From assembly GCA_904063045.1 (NCBI GenBank), contig CAJFCJ010000009.1, positions 42,942-106,941 on the forward strand: a stretch of DNA of 64,000 nucleotides, read 5' to 3'. Below are positions 10,594 to 24,567 of this stretch, piece after piece; within the stretch, counting starts at the first letter, position 1, and every line of letters begins with the position of its first letter. The notes under the pieces are model-generated. The model ran no database searches. It was given only the letters and a program-made list of their open reading frames with translations, and was not told the DNA's origin. Origin of the DNA: Dimorphilus gyrociliatus. Its lineage: Eukaryota; Animalia; Annelida. The translations under genes were made by a program, and so were the position numbers.

Positions 10594-13444
10594 ATGTCAA
10601 CTCGTTCGAAAAAGTCTGCTAGTAAGGAATCGTCTGCCCCCCCATCGGAAAGGGCAACTCCGTCAAGTTCTAAACGGCAATCGCGACAAAGAGCGCCATC
10701 ACCTACAATGCGCGCGCGAGTTCAGGAGAAACAAGAATTAGGGGAACTTAATGACCGACTTGCTGTTTATATTGAACGGAATAGAAAGTTGGAATCTGAA
10801 AATCGAAGATTGAGTTTTCAGGTAAAAACTTTCCACTTTCACAAAATTTGTTTTGTTTATTAAACTTCAAGCGAGATAGATCAAAAGGATTATTAAGACT
10901 CACTGTGTGGAAAGGTGTTAAATTCTCGATATAAGACTTGACACAGTTAAAGGAGAAGAGCAGTTTTATAAACTTTCCGCTCAGTCTATATTATTTTAGC
11001 AATAATTGTAATTTTTCTGTCAACTTTCTGACACACCCTCCCCTTTCTAGATTCAACAACATGAGGAGACCATTGTTCGAGAAAGTACTCAAGTCAAAGG
11101 ATTATATGAAAAAGAGTTGACTGATGCAAGAAATCTTCTTGACGAGTTATCTACCGAAAGGTCCAAATTCGAGATCGAAAGTGGAAAACATAAGGCTGAT
11201 GCTTTGGAATACAAAAAGAAGTATGCATTTATATCAAAACAAACGCCCCCTGGTTAGCGTCGGCGGCAGTTTTGGCTGACGCGTGCGCTTGTATAAATAA
11301 AAACTGGGCAACAGAGCATGCACGCGCAAAAACGTACCTGCCTTTGCCTTAAATATATCAATCTCAAAGTCAGACAAATATTTCTAAAAAAGGTCTGAAT
11401 CTCATTTATAAAGCGACATCTAACGACAAGACTTTAGAAACTTATTTTTGTTTGATTATAATAACTAATCTTAGGAGACAACAATGGAACAAATTCTTCT
11501 TTCGATTTTGAATGCGACTATTGAACCTAATTTTACTAAGCGTATTTGACATGAATTTAGAAATCGCAAAGACAATTCACTGATAGTGTAAATGATAAAT
11601 GTTATATATCGAAAACATATATGTTTATATCTGCACATATTAGGCACAAGATTGTTTAATTCATATTTCGCGGAGATGTTACAATTATCTAGAAATAAGG
11701 GTATATTAAATAGTTTTAGTCATTACTCGAAAGCGAACTTTTTTATGTTGGTATAAAGTGATATCGTTTGTTTTATAGATATGAGAGCGAAAGAAAAGAA
11801 CACCAAAAAACTAAAAACACTCTGTGCGAATCAGAGTCACAATGCGGTGCCCTTCAGATGAAAATTACTGATCTCTTGAACAACCTCAAGATAAAAGATG
11901 ATGAAATAAAGCATTTGAATAATGAATTGAAAGCAGCTGAGAAGGCAAGAGATACGGCTAAACAACAACTGGAAGGAGAAACAGTTCAACGTGTTGATTA
12001 TGAAAATAAGCTTCAAACCTTGAAAGAACAACTGTCTTTTATGGAGTCTGTTCATGAGCAAGAATTGAATGAATCAAGGAGCCGAACTGATGTATCAATC
12101 GCTCAGTCAACGGAAGCAATTCGAGGTGAATTTGAGAATAAACTAAGCGAATCGCTAAAAGAGATGCGTGACGGCAATGAAAAAGCTCTCAGAGCTGCCA
12201 AGCAGGATACTGTAAATGCGTATGAGCAGAGATTAGAAGCTATGTCTGCTGATATCGAAAGATTCCAAGAGGAAGTTGGACGATCTCGAAATGATGTGCA
12301 AAGAGTACGACGTGAATTGGATGAAACTCTTACCGTTTCAAACAAGCTACGATCGGAAAGGGCTGGAATGGAAAACAGAATAATAGAATTAGAAAACGAT
12401 ATCCGTAAATTGAGAGACGATTATGAAGCAAAAATAAACGCAAAGGACACCGAATTAACCAATTATAGAAATAAGGTGCAGTATATCTTCTGTAAATTTG
12501 GAAACAGATAAAATTCAATATTTAATAAATTCAGGAAACACAAATGTTGGAAGAGTATGAAGAACTTCTGGGATGCAAGGTTGCTCTTGATGCCGAAATA
12601 AGTGCCTATAGAAAGATGTTAGAGAGTGAGGAGACTCGTTTAAATCTATCTCAGGAAGGACCAAATCGCAAAAGAAAGAGAACGGAAGAAGGTATAGAAG
12701 CTTATAGTAAATGTTTATGATTCAGGCTTGACATAACAATGCTTTTCATAAGATGTTGAATATGAATCTAAGCATTACAATGTTCCTTAACCATTTTGTA
12801 TTGTTTCAGGTTTCCAATTTAAAGAGACGCTATCTATATCCGATTATACAACTACTTCCAACCAAAAAGGAGATGTTCAAATAGAGGAGGTCGACATCAA
12901 GGGACAATTTATTAAACTACTTAATACATCGAGTGAAGATGTAGCAATAGGAGGATGGCAGCTATCGCATGAATCCGGTGATCAGCCAATAACTTCTTAC
13001 AAATTTCATAGAAATATTCACATTAAACCAAATTCCTACGTTACTGTAAGTACATCGAATATTTAAGTTCCGCAAATTGTCTAAATTCAACCGTATTGAA
13101 AGGTATGGAGTGCTAATGCTGGACAAGCCCACGAACCGCCTGAAAATCTTGTTATGAAAGGGCAAAGGTGGTTCTCTGGTGATGAAATGAGTACCGTCCT
13201 GAAAGATAATAAGCAAGGGGTAGGTGGTATAATTTATCCGAATGATAAAATATTGTAAATATAAATTAAAAAACTAGGAGATGGCTAAATTAGAAATGAA
13301 AAGAAACAAGTCGCGATCAAGTTATAGTGGTGAAAGTGGATATACGGTATGTTATTGCGTGAAAATTACTTTTAAAATGCTAAAAGATATTAAACTTTAC
13401 AGGGATCACGAAATTCTGAAGATAAATCTTGTTCCATTATGTAA
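10594..13444 (+). CDS. LMN: nuclear lamin (B-type-like, CaaX), multi-exon
   Basis: SPT...[18 protein letters not shown] head/coil 1A; coil 2 end [16 protein letters not shown]; NLS RKRKR; Ig-fold tail domain; terminal CSIM*. Confidence 0.95.
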
Positions 13445-13909
13445 TTTATCATTTACAAGTCCAATCTTTTTATTTGAACCTGGTGTTGAATAACTAATTC
13501 TTGATGCTTTTATGCAGTACTGTTGCTACTGTTCTTTACCTTTTCCTTAGTATATGACGTATCACCTGTTGTGCAGCTTGGTAGCATATTAGATAGAGTA
13601 GTCTTCATCTCTTATGGTATATATTTAAAATATATATATTTATATGTTTCAAAAGATCAATAAATGTATGTTATAAAATCAAGACATCGATTTTGTTATT
13701 ATCGCGCAAACTGGTCACACATTGGAATATATACACAATGGCCGAATGAATTAATATTACGCATGAATTCGAAAAACTCTTTTGCGTCAAAAATAATGCC
13801 TTATAAATATTAATAAAACCTATTGAGTAAAAAACACGTAAATAACGTAATGTGATTACACATAAATGGCGCCTTAAGAAAAACACTCCACCTTCCCAGT
13901 TTCCAGTCT

Positions 13910-13958
13910 AAACCGGTAATCGCCCTTCTCGTCTGCCTCAAGCCGGTTACAACCGGTT
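13910..13958. promoter_or_regulatory. cluster of CCGGT (Grainyhead/CP2-like) sites in XPO1 promoter
   Basis: AAACCGGTAA, GCCGGTTAC and a perfect AACCGGTT (13951-13958) within 50 nt. Confidence 0.3.
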
Positions 13959-14067
13959 TCAGTGGAAGTGGGAATTTTCCGCTGTAGAACGTGCGAGCAG
14001 AACTGACTTAGTATTTCTGAACTAAAGAGCTGTTGATTACTTCATAACATTTTTCCAAATTAAAAAT

Positions 14068-17000
14068 ATGGCAGCTTTAATCGAACAGGCAAACAAACTG
14101 CTCGATTTTAATCAGAAACTCGACATAAATCTACTAGACTCGGTCGTAGGATGCATGTACTCTGGGATCGGCCAGGAGCAGAAGGTAGCTCAAGATGTTC
14201 TAACCAATCTGAAAGAGCATCCAGAAGCTTGGACGCGCGTTGATACTATTCTTGAATATTCTACCAATCAACAAACGAAGTTTTATGCTCTGCAAATTCT
14301 TGAGACTGTGATTAAGGCTCGCTGGAAAGTCTTACCGAGACAACAATGTGAAGGTATTAAAAAATACATTGTAGGTTTAATTATAAAGACCTCGTCAGAA
14401 GTTGAAACCCTGGAAAAAGAGAAAGTTTATCTAAACAAACTAAATATTATTCTCGTACATATCTTGAAATATGAGTGGCCTAGAAATTGGCCGTCTTTCA
14501 TCCCTGATGTTGTTGGAGCAAGCAAGACAAATGAATCTCTATGTCAAAACAACATGGCTATTCTAAAACTGCTATCTGAGGAAGTATTTGATTTCTCCAG
14601 CGGACAGATGACCCAAGCTAAGGCAAAGCATTTGAAAGATTCTATGTGTTCTGAGTTTTCGCAAATTTTCACCCTTTGTCAATTCGTCATGGACAATTCG
14701 CAAAATGCACCTTTAGTTGGATCTACACTAGAAACTCTTTTGAGATTTCTTAACTGGATTCCACTGGGTTATATATTTGAAACGAAGCTTATAACAACAT
14801 TGATATACAAATTTTTGAATGTACCAATGTTCAGAAATGCTACCATGAAGTGCTTGACAGAGGTTGCAGCTATACAAGTTGGCAAGTACGACGAACAATT
14901 TGTTCAACTTTTCACTTTGACCATGCAACAACTAAAGCAAATGCTCCCAATAAATACAAATATGAAGGAAGCTTACAAGAACGGACAGGACGATGAGCAA
15001 AAGTTTATTCAGAACCTCTCGCTTTTCTTGTGTACATTTCTTAAAGAACACGGAAATCTAATTGAAAAAAGGCGGGACTTGAACGACCTGCTTATGGAAG
15101 CATTTAAGTACTTACTACTTATTAGCGAGGTCGAAGATGTTGAAGTCTTCAAAATTTGCTTGGAATATTGGAATTCCCTTGCATCTGAGTTATATAGAGA
15201 GAGCCCATTTACTCCCTCTACTGGATTAGTTTTAGGCAGAAATGAATTACCGAGGCGCCAAATGTATCAATCAATTCTTTCCCAGGTACGCAGAGTAATG
15301 ATTTCACGAATGGCAAGACCGGAAGAAGTGTTAGTTGTTGAAAATGAGCAGGGTGAGGTAGTTAGACAGTTCATGAAAGATACTGATTCTATTCAATTGT
15401 ATAAAAATATGAGGGAGACATTGGTATACTTGACACATTTAGATTATAATGATACCGAAAATATCATGACTGAAAAACTTCACAATCAGGTAAATGGGAC
15501 AGAGTGGTCTTGGAAAAATTTAAATACTCTGTGTTGGGCTATTGGCTCAATCAGTGGGGCTTTGCATGAAGAGGATGAAAAAAGATTTTTGGTTACAGTC
15601 ATTAGGGATCTCTTGGGTTTATGTGAACAAAAGAGGGGAAAGGACAACAAAGCTATCATTGCTTCAAACATAATGTATGTTGTCGGTCAATATCCTCGGT
15701 TTTTGAGGGCTCATTGGCGATTTTTGAAGACAGTAGTCAACAAATTATTTGAATTCATGCATGAAACTCATGATGGTGTTCAAGATATGGCGTGCGATAC
15801 CTTTATTAAAATTGCCCAAAAGTGTAGGCGTCATTTTGTTCAGGTTCAAGTCGGAGAGGTTATGCCTTTCATTGAGGAAATCTTAAACAGTATCAACACT
15901 ATTGTTTGTGATCTACAACCACAGCAGGTACATACATTTTACGAAGCTGTTGGACTAATGATATCCGCTCAAACTGATCAAACAACTCAAGAACATTTAA
16001 TAGACAAATATATGTCGCTACCTAACCATGTCTGGGATTCAATAATAAATCAGGCCAGTCATAATGTTGATATTCTTCGTGATGGAGATGCTGTAAAACA
16101 ACTTGGAAATATACTAAAGACGAACGTTAGAGCTTGCAAATCGTTGGGACAACCGTTTGTTACCCAATTAGGTCGTATTTACTTGGATATGCTTAATATT
16201 TACAAAGTTATGAGTGAAAATATATCAACTGCAATAATGAGTAATGGCGAACAAGTAACGAAACAACCATTAATCAAGAATATGAGGACTGTTAAAAAAG
16301 AAATACTCACTTTAATTTCAAGTTGGGTGCATAGGTCAACTGATGCTACAATGGTGGCAGAAAATTTCATTCCTCCACTTCTTGATGCTGTGCTGTTGGA
16401 TTATCAAAGAAACGTTCCAGCAGCAAGGGAGCCTGAAGTTTTGTCTACAATGGCTACAATTGTTCATAAATTAGAAGGATCCATTACAAAAGATATCCCT
16501 CAAATCTTTGACGCCATTTTCGAATGCACTCTTGAGATGATTAATAAAGACTTTCAAGAATATCCCGATCATAGAACAAATTTCTTCCTATTCTTAGAAG
16601 TTGTAAACTCTTACTGCTTTGAAGCCTTTCTGAATATTCCCCCTGCTCAATTCAAACTTGTCTTAGACTCAGTAATTTGGGCAGTTAAGCATACTATGCG
16701 TAACGTATCCGATACTGGTTTGAATATTTTGCATACCATGCTTCAAAATATCAGTAACGAAAAGGAAGCATCTCCAAGCTTTTATCAAACGTATTATACT
16801 GAGATAATTCAGCATATATTTAGTGTATTGACAGACAGTTCTCATTCGGCAGGTAAAATTCTCATATTATAATTTTAGATTTGTACCATTAATAACTAAC
16901 ACGCTTCTGCAGGTCTGCCTCATCATTCCCAGATATTATCTTACATGCTGGGTCTCCTGGAAACAAACAAAATCTCCGTTCCATTATCAGTAGATGTGAC

Positions 17001-17381
17001 TGATCCTTCACAAAACGTCGCTTATATTCAATCTTTCCTGGCCAATGTTTTGAAAGGAGCCTTCCCTCACCTAAACGATATGCAGATAAAAGTATTTGTA
17101 GAAGGTCTATTTAGCTTTAATCAAGATTTGAACGCTTTTAAGGAACACTTGAGAGACTTTTTGGTTCAAATTAGAGTAAGTTAAAAATATGAGACTTGTT
17201 TTTACAATTTAAATTTAATATTTTTGTGTTACAGGAGTATTCTGGTGAGGATAACAGCGATTTGTTTTTGGACGAGCGAGAAGCAGCCATGAGAGCTGCT
17301 CAAGAAACCAAGTTGAAAGCTCAGATGGCTGTTCCTGGTATTCTCAACCCACACGAAATACCCGAGGAAATGCAAGACTAG
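14068..17381 (+). CDS. XPO1: exportin-1 (CRM1); exons 14068-16852, 16913-17176, 17235-17381
   Basis: Near-complete CRM1 identity, including DLLGLCEQKRGKDNK (the leptomycin B-reactive Cys) and the C-terminus VPGILNPHEIPEEMQD. Confidence 0.98.
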
Positions 17382-18952
17382 TGTCTAGAATTTTTTTTTT
17401 ACAATTGATACATCCATTAGTTCATTTTTCATGTACAGTCTCGTGAAAAGCATCGAAGCTATTATTGTAAACTCCGTGAGTTTGCTAACCTTATCTTGAT
17501 CATTTCTTTCAGTTGTCATTTGTTAAATAATTATTCTTTGAAACAAATAAAAGTAAGTCCATGTTATGAATTTTCATTCTTTTTTTTGATTGCATTGATT
17601 TACCCGTTAATCATTCAGAGTGAAATAAGGGCGTTGTATTACTATTTTTTGACGAATCTTAACTGTAAGTCCGTCAAAGTTAATTCACATGTTGTAATAA
17701 GTCAGTTAAAAACTAAAAAAAAAGTGTAGCTGTGTCTTGAACTTATCATCTTTTAAAGAAAGTTTTTGTTATACTCGAGAATATTTTCTATGAGATATAA
17801 CTTTCGATCTTATGATTGTCACGTATTAAAAGTTGAAATAATACATGATCAGACAATGAAACAAGAATTGAAATACGACATAGAGAACATTGTTTGTCTC
17901 CACTTCAGTGCTGCTCCATTGAAAGAATTTCTAGCAAAAAATTTGGTAGTAGTGTTTTCTTTTGTTTTTTTTTAACATTCGTATATAAAAAGAATATTAT
18001 TTCTCTACTCAAAGGAATAAATTCATTAAGCTTTATTTTTTTCTCTCTTAAATATCATTTTCTCATAATCTTTCCTTTCATAAAATCAGATATTCTCATT
18101 ATTAATTAAAATGTAATCAATATTATAATAAAATGCGCAGGTATCTCCTCAATCCCAATAAGAAGACTCAATCATTTATACGTCAATAATAATGTCACGT
18201 ATACAGTAACATGTTTACTGGAAAATAATTATGAAATGAGATAGGCTTGAGATAAAATTCCAAATGTATTACGTAACCTATTCTATCAATTAGAATGCAA
18301 AGACAACAGTAACAGATCCCTAAATGCTTTTTTTAATGGAGTATCCGATGGGAAGAGTAGTTTTCATATCTTATAAAAAGTATATTGAAGATAGGAACTC
18401 CCCCCACCCTTCCTCATTTTTTAGAAAAGGAAACGTTTTTATGGAATCTCTATAAATCCTTTTTCATTTCTTCTATACATTATTGGGCTTTGATCTTTGT
18501 TAAGATTCAGAAATCTTCTGAAGCACCTGCAATTGAAGTTGTAGTAGTCGTTGTTGAGCCATTAAAAGATGTAAAACGTAATAAAAATATTAAATAACAA
18601 TCGTTAAGCCGTTTTTCTTATTAATAAGTTTTTAGCTATTTAAAAAGAAATCGTCTGCTCTGTGTTTGCATATTGAATTTAGACTTTAATTTCAAGAATG
18701 TAGCTAAACTCTGTTGCGTTTGAATTATTTATAGAAATTTTCAATTGGTAAGTAAGAGTGTTTTTTAATTTTCCGATTTCGTGGAAAGTGAAATTAAATT
18801 GAACATCTATTTCGTTGAGTGGGATGACAAGCAAATTTTCCTAGACCATTTGCCCGTTTAAAGCGTACAAGAAACCATATTATTTCGATAATCGTCCTTG
18901 ACCTGAGAAGCGTTGATTATTGTCTCGTGCTTTTTCGGCTACGAAGAATACG

Positions 18953-21294
18953 ATGTTTGTTCACGACGCCGGCGCCGTTATAGAAATGTTCAAAAATAGC
19001 TTTCCCTACTCTCTTATCTACTTTATTCCTTTATTAGTCATTATTGCGCCAACGAACCCGGTTTCGGCAGCCCAAGAATTCGCTGTCTACCGAATGCAAC
19101 ATTTCGACCTTCAAAACACTGTTTATGGTAATTAACTAGCATGCTTACTATTTTAGATTTAAGGTTATATTATTATTTTCTATTGTACCGAAACAGGCAG
19201 TCGCGGAGCCCTTGTTAATGTTGAAGCTCGATCGATTGATGCCCGCATGTTGACTCGCCGTTGTGTCCTGGCTAAATTAGCGGAAGTTACTGCCGAAAAA
19301 ATTCGGGATATGCTTACGCAAAATGCGGCCGGTATTATGATTATATTACCAGCAAAATTATGGGAAATGGGAAAAGAAGATCAGGATCATTTATTGAATT
19401 TAGAAAAAGAATTAATGAGCGAAGAAATATCTATGCCAATATATTTTACGACGACAACAGAGGAAATCGAAAAAATTTACAATGATGTGAAAGTTGCCGT
19501 AAATAGTGATCAATCGCCATCAGCAGCAGAAGGTTTCTATTGCAATTTTGATCTTTATACAATCTTTGATCAGATGTACACTAACGTATTTTTTTTTCTA
19601 ACTATAGCAATTATAAAGTCAGCTTCTGCAAACGGCTATCAAATTGTCATTAATGGAGCTAATGTTAGAGCAATGAACGACTATCAATTGACGAATATCC
19701 ATGCAAAATTGACAGGCAATGGAGTAGAAGAACAATTACCTACTATCGCTCTAGTAGCTCATTACGATTCTACAGGAATTGCACCGGTAATAGAAACTTA
19801 ATACGCGATAGTTTATTCAAAAAAGAGATCTAATATGTTAATGAAATTTTCTCATCTAGGGTTTGGCTAAAGGAGCAGATTCTAATGCTTCTGGTGTTAT
19901 TGCCCTACTAGAAATTGCAAGACTTTTCTCCAAACTATATAGTAGTTCACGCACTCATGCCAAGTTTGTTTTTATATCGTGTAACAATATCATACAGATT
20001 TGTAATAAGTTTATTTATTCATCTAATAGATTGAACATAGTATTTCTTCTCTCAAGTGCGGGAAAGTTTAGTTATCAGGGAACGAAACGTTGGATTGAGG
20101 AGCAGTTGGAAAGCGGTGAAAATACACTTCTTCAAGATGTTTCAGTTGTTTTGTGCATTGACTCTATTGGAAAAGGCAACGCAATAAATATGCATGTTTC
20201 AAAACCACCTAAGGAGTTTTCAAGTGCCCATGCAATCTTAAACGTATGACAAAATGAATTCATCCGTAAAAGACATTTGTTATCGAATTTTTTTTAACAG
20301 CTTTTAGAATCTGTGTCAGCCGAAAATGGTATTCAAGCAACAATGATACACAAGAAAATTAACTTGGCCAATGAATTCCTAGCCTGGGAACACGAACGTT
20401 TCAGTATTCGTAGGATACCGGCGGTCACTTTATCGGCTTATGAAACGCATAAAGGGTCCTTGCGACAATCGATTCTCGATACACGGTATTTTTTCAGTTT
20501 CTGAATGCATTCACTTAGTTTAGTCATTAATTTATTGTTTTCTATAGCGAAAATGTTGATGTTAGTGTCCTCTCACGAAATATTCGAATTTTGGCCGAAG
20601 TTCTTGGTCGATACGCTTATGGCTTAACTCCGAAAAATAATACGGAAATCATAAGAGATAGTTTGGTGAGTACAGATTTCATACTTCACAAAAACTTATA
20701 TTAATTTATTCTATGCTTTCATCTTTTTTTCTTTCTTCCGTTTTATGTAGAAAGTTGACGAAGAACTAGTTTCATCTTGGTTGTCAGTCTTGACAAACGA
20801 ATCGAGAGCAGCTCAAATCCTTCATCATAAGCATCATTTAGTTCATTCTTTATATTACACATTAAATAAATATTTAAAAGACGCTAAGAAAACTTACATC
20901 AAGGCAGACAAAAGGTTTGTTATTCGTATTATTTGAATTAATAAGAAATAAAAGTAATTGGTATATAAAATTAATATAATGTTATACAGAGATCCTGAGT
21001 TTATTTTCTACGATGGACACGAATATGTAGTCAACATTTACAGCATTAAGCCTGCAGTGTTCGATTTGTTTTTAGCTGTGGCTATTGCCGGTTATCTTGG
21101 CGCTTTATACCTATTCCTTGCTGTAAGTAATAAACATTTGTTTCTGTTTATATGTATTTATACTTATCGAATATTCATAAAAGAATTTTATTTTGCTATT
21201 TAATTGTGTTATTATTTTACAGAATTTCAACATCGTATTCAAGATAATGCGCCTTATATCACCAAACATTAGTAAAAAGAACAAAATACAGTGA
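18953..21294 (+). CDS. NCLN: nicalin (M28-like pseudo-peptidase, NOMO/TMEM147 complex), multi-exon
   Basis: QEFAVYRMQHFDL, VAHYDSTGIAP, GADSNASGVIALLEIARLFSKLY, HKKINLANEFLAWEHERFSIRRIPA, RDPEFIFYDG, C-terminal TM KPAVFDLFLAVAIAGYL. Confidence 0.93.
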
Positions 21295-21499
21295 TCTCGT
21301 GTTATTTAAGTAGAAAAAGAGAGAGAGCAAGAAGAATTTGTGAAGAACAAATAATAACGTTGTAATAAGTTTATTATTATTTTCGAGTTTATTAAAAGTA
21401 AATTTAAATTAAAGCATGACTAGGCAAGTTGAAAAAGCACCGAAAAGTATTTTTGAAGCCAAAAAGCGCGTGCCAGAAATTTTAGTAAATAATTGCCTC

Positions 21500-22871
21500 T
21501 TAAAGATCTTCCGACCAGGCTATTGGATTATTCCTTAATGGTATTCTCCCGTGGCCAGGTGCCGATCTGCACCTTGCGCGTTGCTGTTCGGAGATCTTTA
21601 ACTTTTCGACACTTAAGTTTTCCGATACCCAATCGGGATGAATATTAAAATATCTTTTACGATTATCACCAACCGAGCGAAATAATGAACTATAAGTAGA
21701 TGTACTTCGCGATTGACGCTCCATTTGAGGATAAGACGGCTTACCAGCGGCAGGGATACTCCTTGTATCCGACGTAGCTGTTTTAGGTCGTTTTGCGACT
21801 TGTTCTTTAGGCTTCTTAATTCTCGGAGACTTTTCTACTGGCGTTGGTGGAAAGACGTGCCTTTCTGATCTAATAAAAGAACGTTTTACGTTTAAGGAGA
21901 AGTGTAAATAGAATATTTTTAAAATCCAAATAATCTGTGCAAAGTATTGATAAAGAAAAATAAATTCAACTACTGAACAAATCCGAATAGACCGGATGGA
22001 TTCGGAGGTCTAGCAATATCCATATAGTACGGTCTAGGGGTTACTGTTCTATGGTGAGACATACTTGCACGGCCAAGATAGATGCTATAACTAACTAAGT
22101 GAAAGAGAAAAAAAAAAAGCCACAGCTGTCCAAACGTCGACAAAAAAAGAGTGAGGACTATAAATTGTAAAATGCGTGCGCATGTTTTCAAGTCTTAAAA
22201 CTAATCAATTTTTTCTTATAAAGACATAAGCTTTTTATTAGTCTTACCGCTGTTGATTTCTATTGGCTAATTCCACTTCTCTGATAGGTTCTATCGACGC
22301 TGTTGGTATCTGATGGACATACAGACTAGAACGACACGCAGGAGCCGTCGATGGTCTTGTCGTTTTGTTGGGTAATAAATTCATTAAAGTTCCAAGAGGT
22401 CTTTGCGGCATTCTTTTCCAACCGAGATATTCTCTCGCACTGGTAACTCTCCTTGAAGGAGTTGACTTTTCGAAATTATTGCCCATCATTTCGCTAATCC
22501 GAGCATTTCGATAAGATTTTAGAGCCTCCTCCACCATATGATCCCTTTCCTCCTCTAGATCGTACATTTTAACAATTGGACAACGATCACTATCTTCGTC
22601 TGAGCTTTCACTTTCGAAATCATCGATCTAAGCCGAATTTATTAGTTTAAAAAAAATGAGCAACTTGAATAAATATGTATATTTTTATATTATTAGTATT
22701 TACCTTTATAGTTGGCGTTTGAACTAAACTAGACCTTGGAAGGAATTTACCACCTATGTCCAAATCTGATGATATCCTTAATGCCGTTATCGTTAAAGTC
22801 TTATCCAAATCGGGCGTCGGCGTTCTTTGCTTAACTTTATGGCCGTAATTATAAAGTTTATAGGCGGCCAT
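21500..22871 (-). CDS. uncharacterized basic/Pro-Ser-rich protein; exons 22871-22704, 22627-22248, 22084-21974, about 21870-21500
   Basis: Exons join in frame with canonical splice sites. The C-terminus has the motif RYFNIHPDWVSE. No family recognised. Confidence 0.7.
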
Positions 22872-23814
22872 ATAAATCGAATTGGATAAAAAAAATTTTT
22901 CTCTCAATTATTCAATAGAAACAAAAAATAAATTATTTCAAGATAACTTGATTAGGAATAATTTGAGATAAAGTGATAAATTTTAGATGCAACAGCTCCT
23001 GGTAGACAATTGCTGGGAAGAAGAAGAAGAAAGAGGAGGAGGAGGAGCAGGAAGAGGAGAACGAAGAATAACACACTCAATAATCGTATCAAAGAACTGT
23101 CGTACTGTTATAGTATGAAATGATACACCCTCAATCCAACTACCATTATTCCACTTCTATTATTATTAATAGTATTTATGGTAAAGGGTACGAATCCACT
23201 CTTTGACGGCGCTCCTTTGAAGAAATCCTGCTTACTGGTAGTAGTAGTAGTAACAAGACTGCGGGCATTCGTTCGAACGCATAGTGTTTGTACAGCCTTT
23301 TCTTAATAAATATGATTTTCCTCTATTCTTAAAAGTCTGAACGGCAATATCGAGAGTAAAACGACGACTGCCTGCTGAAATATAGAAAAAGACCTAATAT
23401 ATATATATATAGGAAATTCTATTAATCAATACATCAATTAGGCGGTCAATTACTGTGATTGATTTACGTTTATACATTTCATTCTTCTCTTATTTTTCTT
23501 TCTGTTATTACTTTATAAGCACCCTGACTATTTGGCGAGTACATTTTCTGTCTCCCTCTCTCCCCTCTCTTCTCTCTCTTTTTCTCTCTCTAACCTAATC
23601 TTGAACAATTGAATTTTTTCAATAAAAAAAAACAATAATTCTAATCGCCTTAGGCCTAAAGAATGTTGGTTATTATTCAAAACCAAACGCCTTGGCCAAT
23701 CATTTTGAAAAGAGGCGGAGTCTCTTCTTTTTTACAGGACACATGCCGATAGAGAGATTCTTCTAAATTCACGTTGTCCTTTTACTATGACTATTTAGGT
23801 TTTGGAAAGTAAAA

Positions 23815-24567
23815 ATGACGTGGGCGTCTCTACTAGGCTTGAATTTGATTGTATTAACAATTATAAATAGTTTGGATAAAAATGTTATGTCAATAGAACA
23901 GTGCTCAGAAGCATTTGGCCGATGCTCTCTTAATCTGGGATGTTATAACGCCCTACTTAATCTTCAAAATGATTGTACGGAAGATGGGCGTCGCTGTAAA
24001 AGAAACTGCGTCTATTCTATTGTGTCTTTAATCCACTCGTTTCCGGCTTTGTCATCGTGCAACTCTAGTCAGAGTGAGGTCTATTATATTCCAAGGAAAA
24101 AGATTGAAATATGCAAAGAAAGGGTAGAAAAGACGCTGAACACGTTAAAGAATAATCACGTGGCCTGTACTTTATCCTTGAAGCTATGCGAAGCGGAAAC
24201 TCGTTGTTCTACTGCTTTACTCTATTTCCAGAAGAATTGCCAAGGGTTGTTTAGAAAGAGTCGAATAAGCTGTCAACCGTCGTGTAAACGTTCAGCTAAA
24301 ATATTATATTCAATGGTTCAAGGGAATCGCCTTAGGCGTTGCAAATGTAACGGTCAAACTAAAGATAGACTTAGGTGTGAAATAATTCAAAATAATTTGG
24401 AATCCCATTGCGGTGTGAAGAGGATTAGACCTCCTCCTATACGAACAACACCTATTCTCGACATTACAATAGACAGTGGACAGCCAAGCTATTCTCACGG
24501 ACGTTTTTTGTGTCCATTCAAAATCGTTCAATTGGCTGCGGCGTCATTATTCGCCAGATTCCTTTAA
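23815..24567 (+). CDS. GAS1: GAS1-like (two GDNF/GAS1 Cys-rich domains), signal peptide and hydrophobic GPI-type C-terminus, intronless
   Basis: Cys spacing C-x6-C-x5-C...CxC...C in domain 2 (CEAETRCSTALLYFQKNCQGLF) matches GAS1/GFRalpha repeats. Confidence 0.75.
   Translation: MTWASLLGLNLIVLTIINSLDKNVMSIEQCSEAFGRCSLNLGCYNALLNLQNDCTEDGRRCKRNCVYSIVSLIHSFPALSSCNSSQSEVYYIPRKKIEICKERVEKTLNTLKNNHVACTLSLKLCEAETRCSTALLYFQKNCQGLFRKSRISCQPSCKRSAKILYSMVQGNRLRRCKCNGQTKDRLRCEIIQNNLESHCGVKRIRPPPIRTTPILDITIDSGQPSYSHGRFLCPFKIVQLAAASLFARFL

Noticed and set aside
17382-18900. Short ORFs between XPO1 and nicalin
   Set aside because: AT-rich 3'UTR/intergenic sequence with no coding signature.
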